From Promethearchaeota archaeon (lineage in GTDB: Archaea; Asgardarchaeota; Lokiarchaeia; Sigyniarchaeales; SOKP01): a DNA stretch of 37,378 nucleotides. Both the position numbers and the translations under genes were made by a program. Each line of letters opens with the position of its first letter. Within the stretch, counting starts at the first letter, position 1. The stretch lies in assembly GCA_019058015.1 (NCBI GenBank), contig JAHLWH010000130.1, positions 1-37,378 of the forward strand, written 5' to 3'. Of this stretch, positions 36,815-37,378 are shown piece by piece. A model generated the notes under the pieces. That model was given only the letters and a program-made list of their open reading frames with translations, was not told the DNA's origin and ran no database searches.

Positions 36815-37281
36815 ATAAAAAGATTTTTTCGCTGGGGGTATCTTTTTGAAAATTCTCCATCTACTTTTCTAGCTAATGATTGGGCTAGATTCTTTTTTTT
36901 CTCAGTAATTTTTTCTTTTAAAAATTTGCCCTTTTGTTGAGAGAATCTTTCTATACCAGAGGTGATTATCGCATTATTTGAAGATATAGGTACAATAAAT
37001 CCAAATAATCTCAACATTTCATCAGGTGTTAATTTTTTACCTATTTCTTTATTGATCTCATCATCAAGATGTCGGACTACAGATCCATAAGAGATTGCTG
37101 AAAAAGGATTAATTGCTTTTGATTTTAACCAAAAAGTATTTGGAGGGTGTGTTATAAAGGTATCTTGATTTCCATATTTATCTCTACAACCAGTAACTTT
37201 CCAATCTTCAGGATCTTTATCATATTTTCTCTTAATTTTTTTGATAATCTCCTTAACTGGTTTTACTTCATCGTCAACCAT
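36811..37281 (-). CDS. Hypothetical protein
   Basis: 156-aa ATG ORF convergent with its neighbour (stops overlap); no function recognised. Confidence 0.7.
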   Translation of the reverse strand: MVDDEVKPVKEIIKKIKRKYDKDPEDWKVTGCRDKYGNQDTFITHPPNTFWLKSKAINPFSAISYGSVVRHLDDEINKEIGKKLTPDEMLRLFGFIVPISSNNAIITSGIERFSQQKGKFLKEKITEKKKNLAQSLARKVDGEFSKRYPQRKNLFI

Positions 37282-37378
37282 TACTTATTCCCATAAAATA
37301 AAAGTAAAATAAAATATAAAAAGATATATATATTATTTGTAGAATTTGGGTTTATTCTGCATAAAACGTTTTTCCTTC

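Noticed and set aside
1-37378. CRISPR array, IS element, integrase or provirus (including at the tRNA-Ser)
   Set aside because: No regularly spaced repeats, transposase or integrase motifs, or duplicated tRNA 3' end were seen by eye.

Overview
AT-rich archaeal chromosomal DNA. Rag-like and Rab-like small GTPases, eS25, a tailed histone, a Bud23-like methyltransferase and a eukaryote-type SECIS point to an Asgard archaeon, probably Lokiarchaeia (inference). The main hidden signal is a selenoprotein locus that the ORF track fragments or misses. hdrA (22420-24393) has four in-frame UGAs: three at conserved Cys positions and one at a position that is normally Leu. It is followed by an unlisted mvhD/vhuD (24432-24857) with two UGAs and a single AUGA...AA...GA SECIS-like hairpin (24856-24897). 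Next come an FrhB/FdhB-family F420-binding subunit and a convergent HdrD-like protein with a GltD/NfnB-like flavoprotein inserted inside its first CCG domain. Several genes appear to start at ATA, ATT or CTG behind Shine-Dalgarno-like motifs; this uncovers a hidden papain/C39-like peptidase and a complete TrmB helix-turn-helix. The window also holds an intron-containing tRNA-Ser(CGA), serS, a broken rps13-rps4-rps11 cluster, a phosphoesterase with one internal TAA, and housekeeping genes. No CRISPR array or mobile element was seen. All family calls come from manual motif recognition, not database searches.
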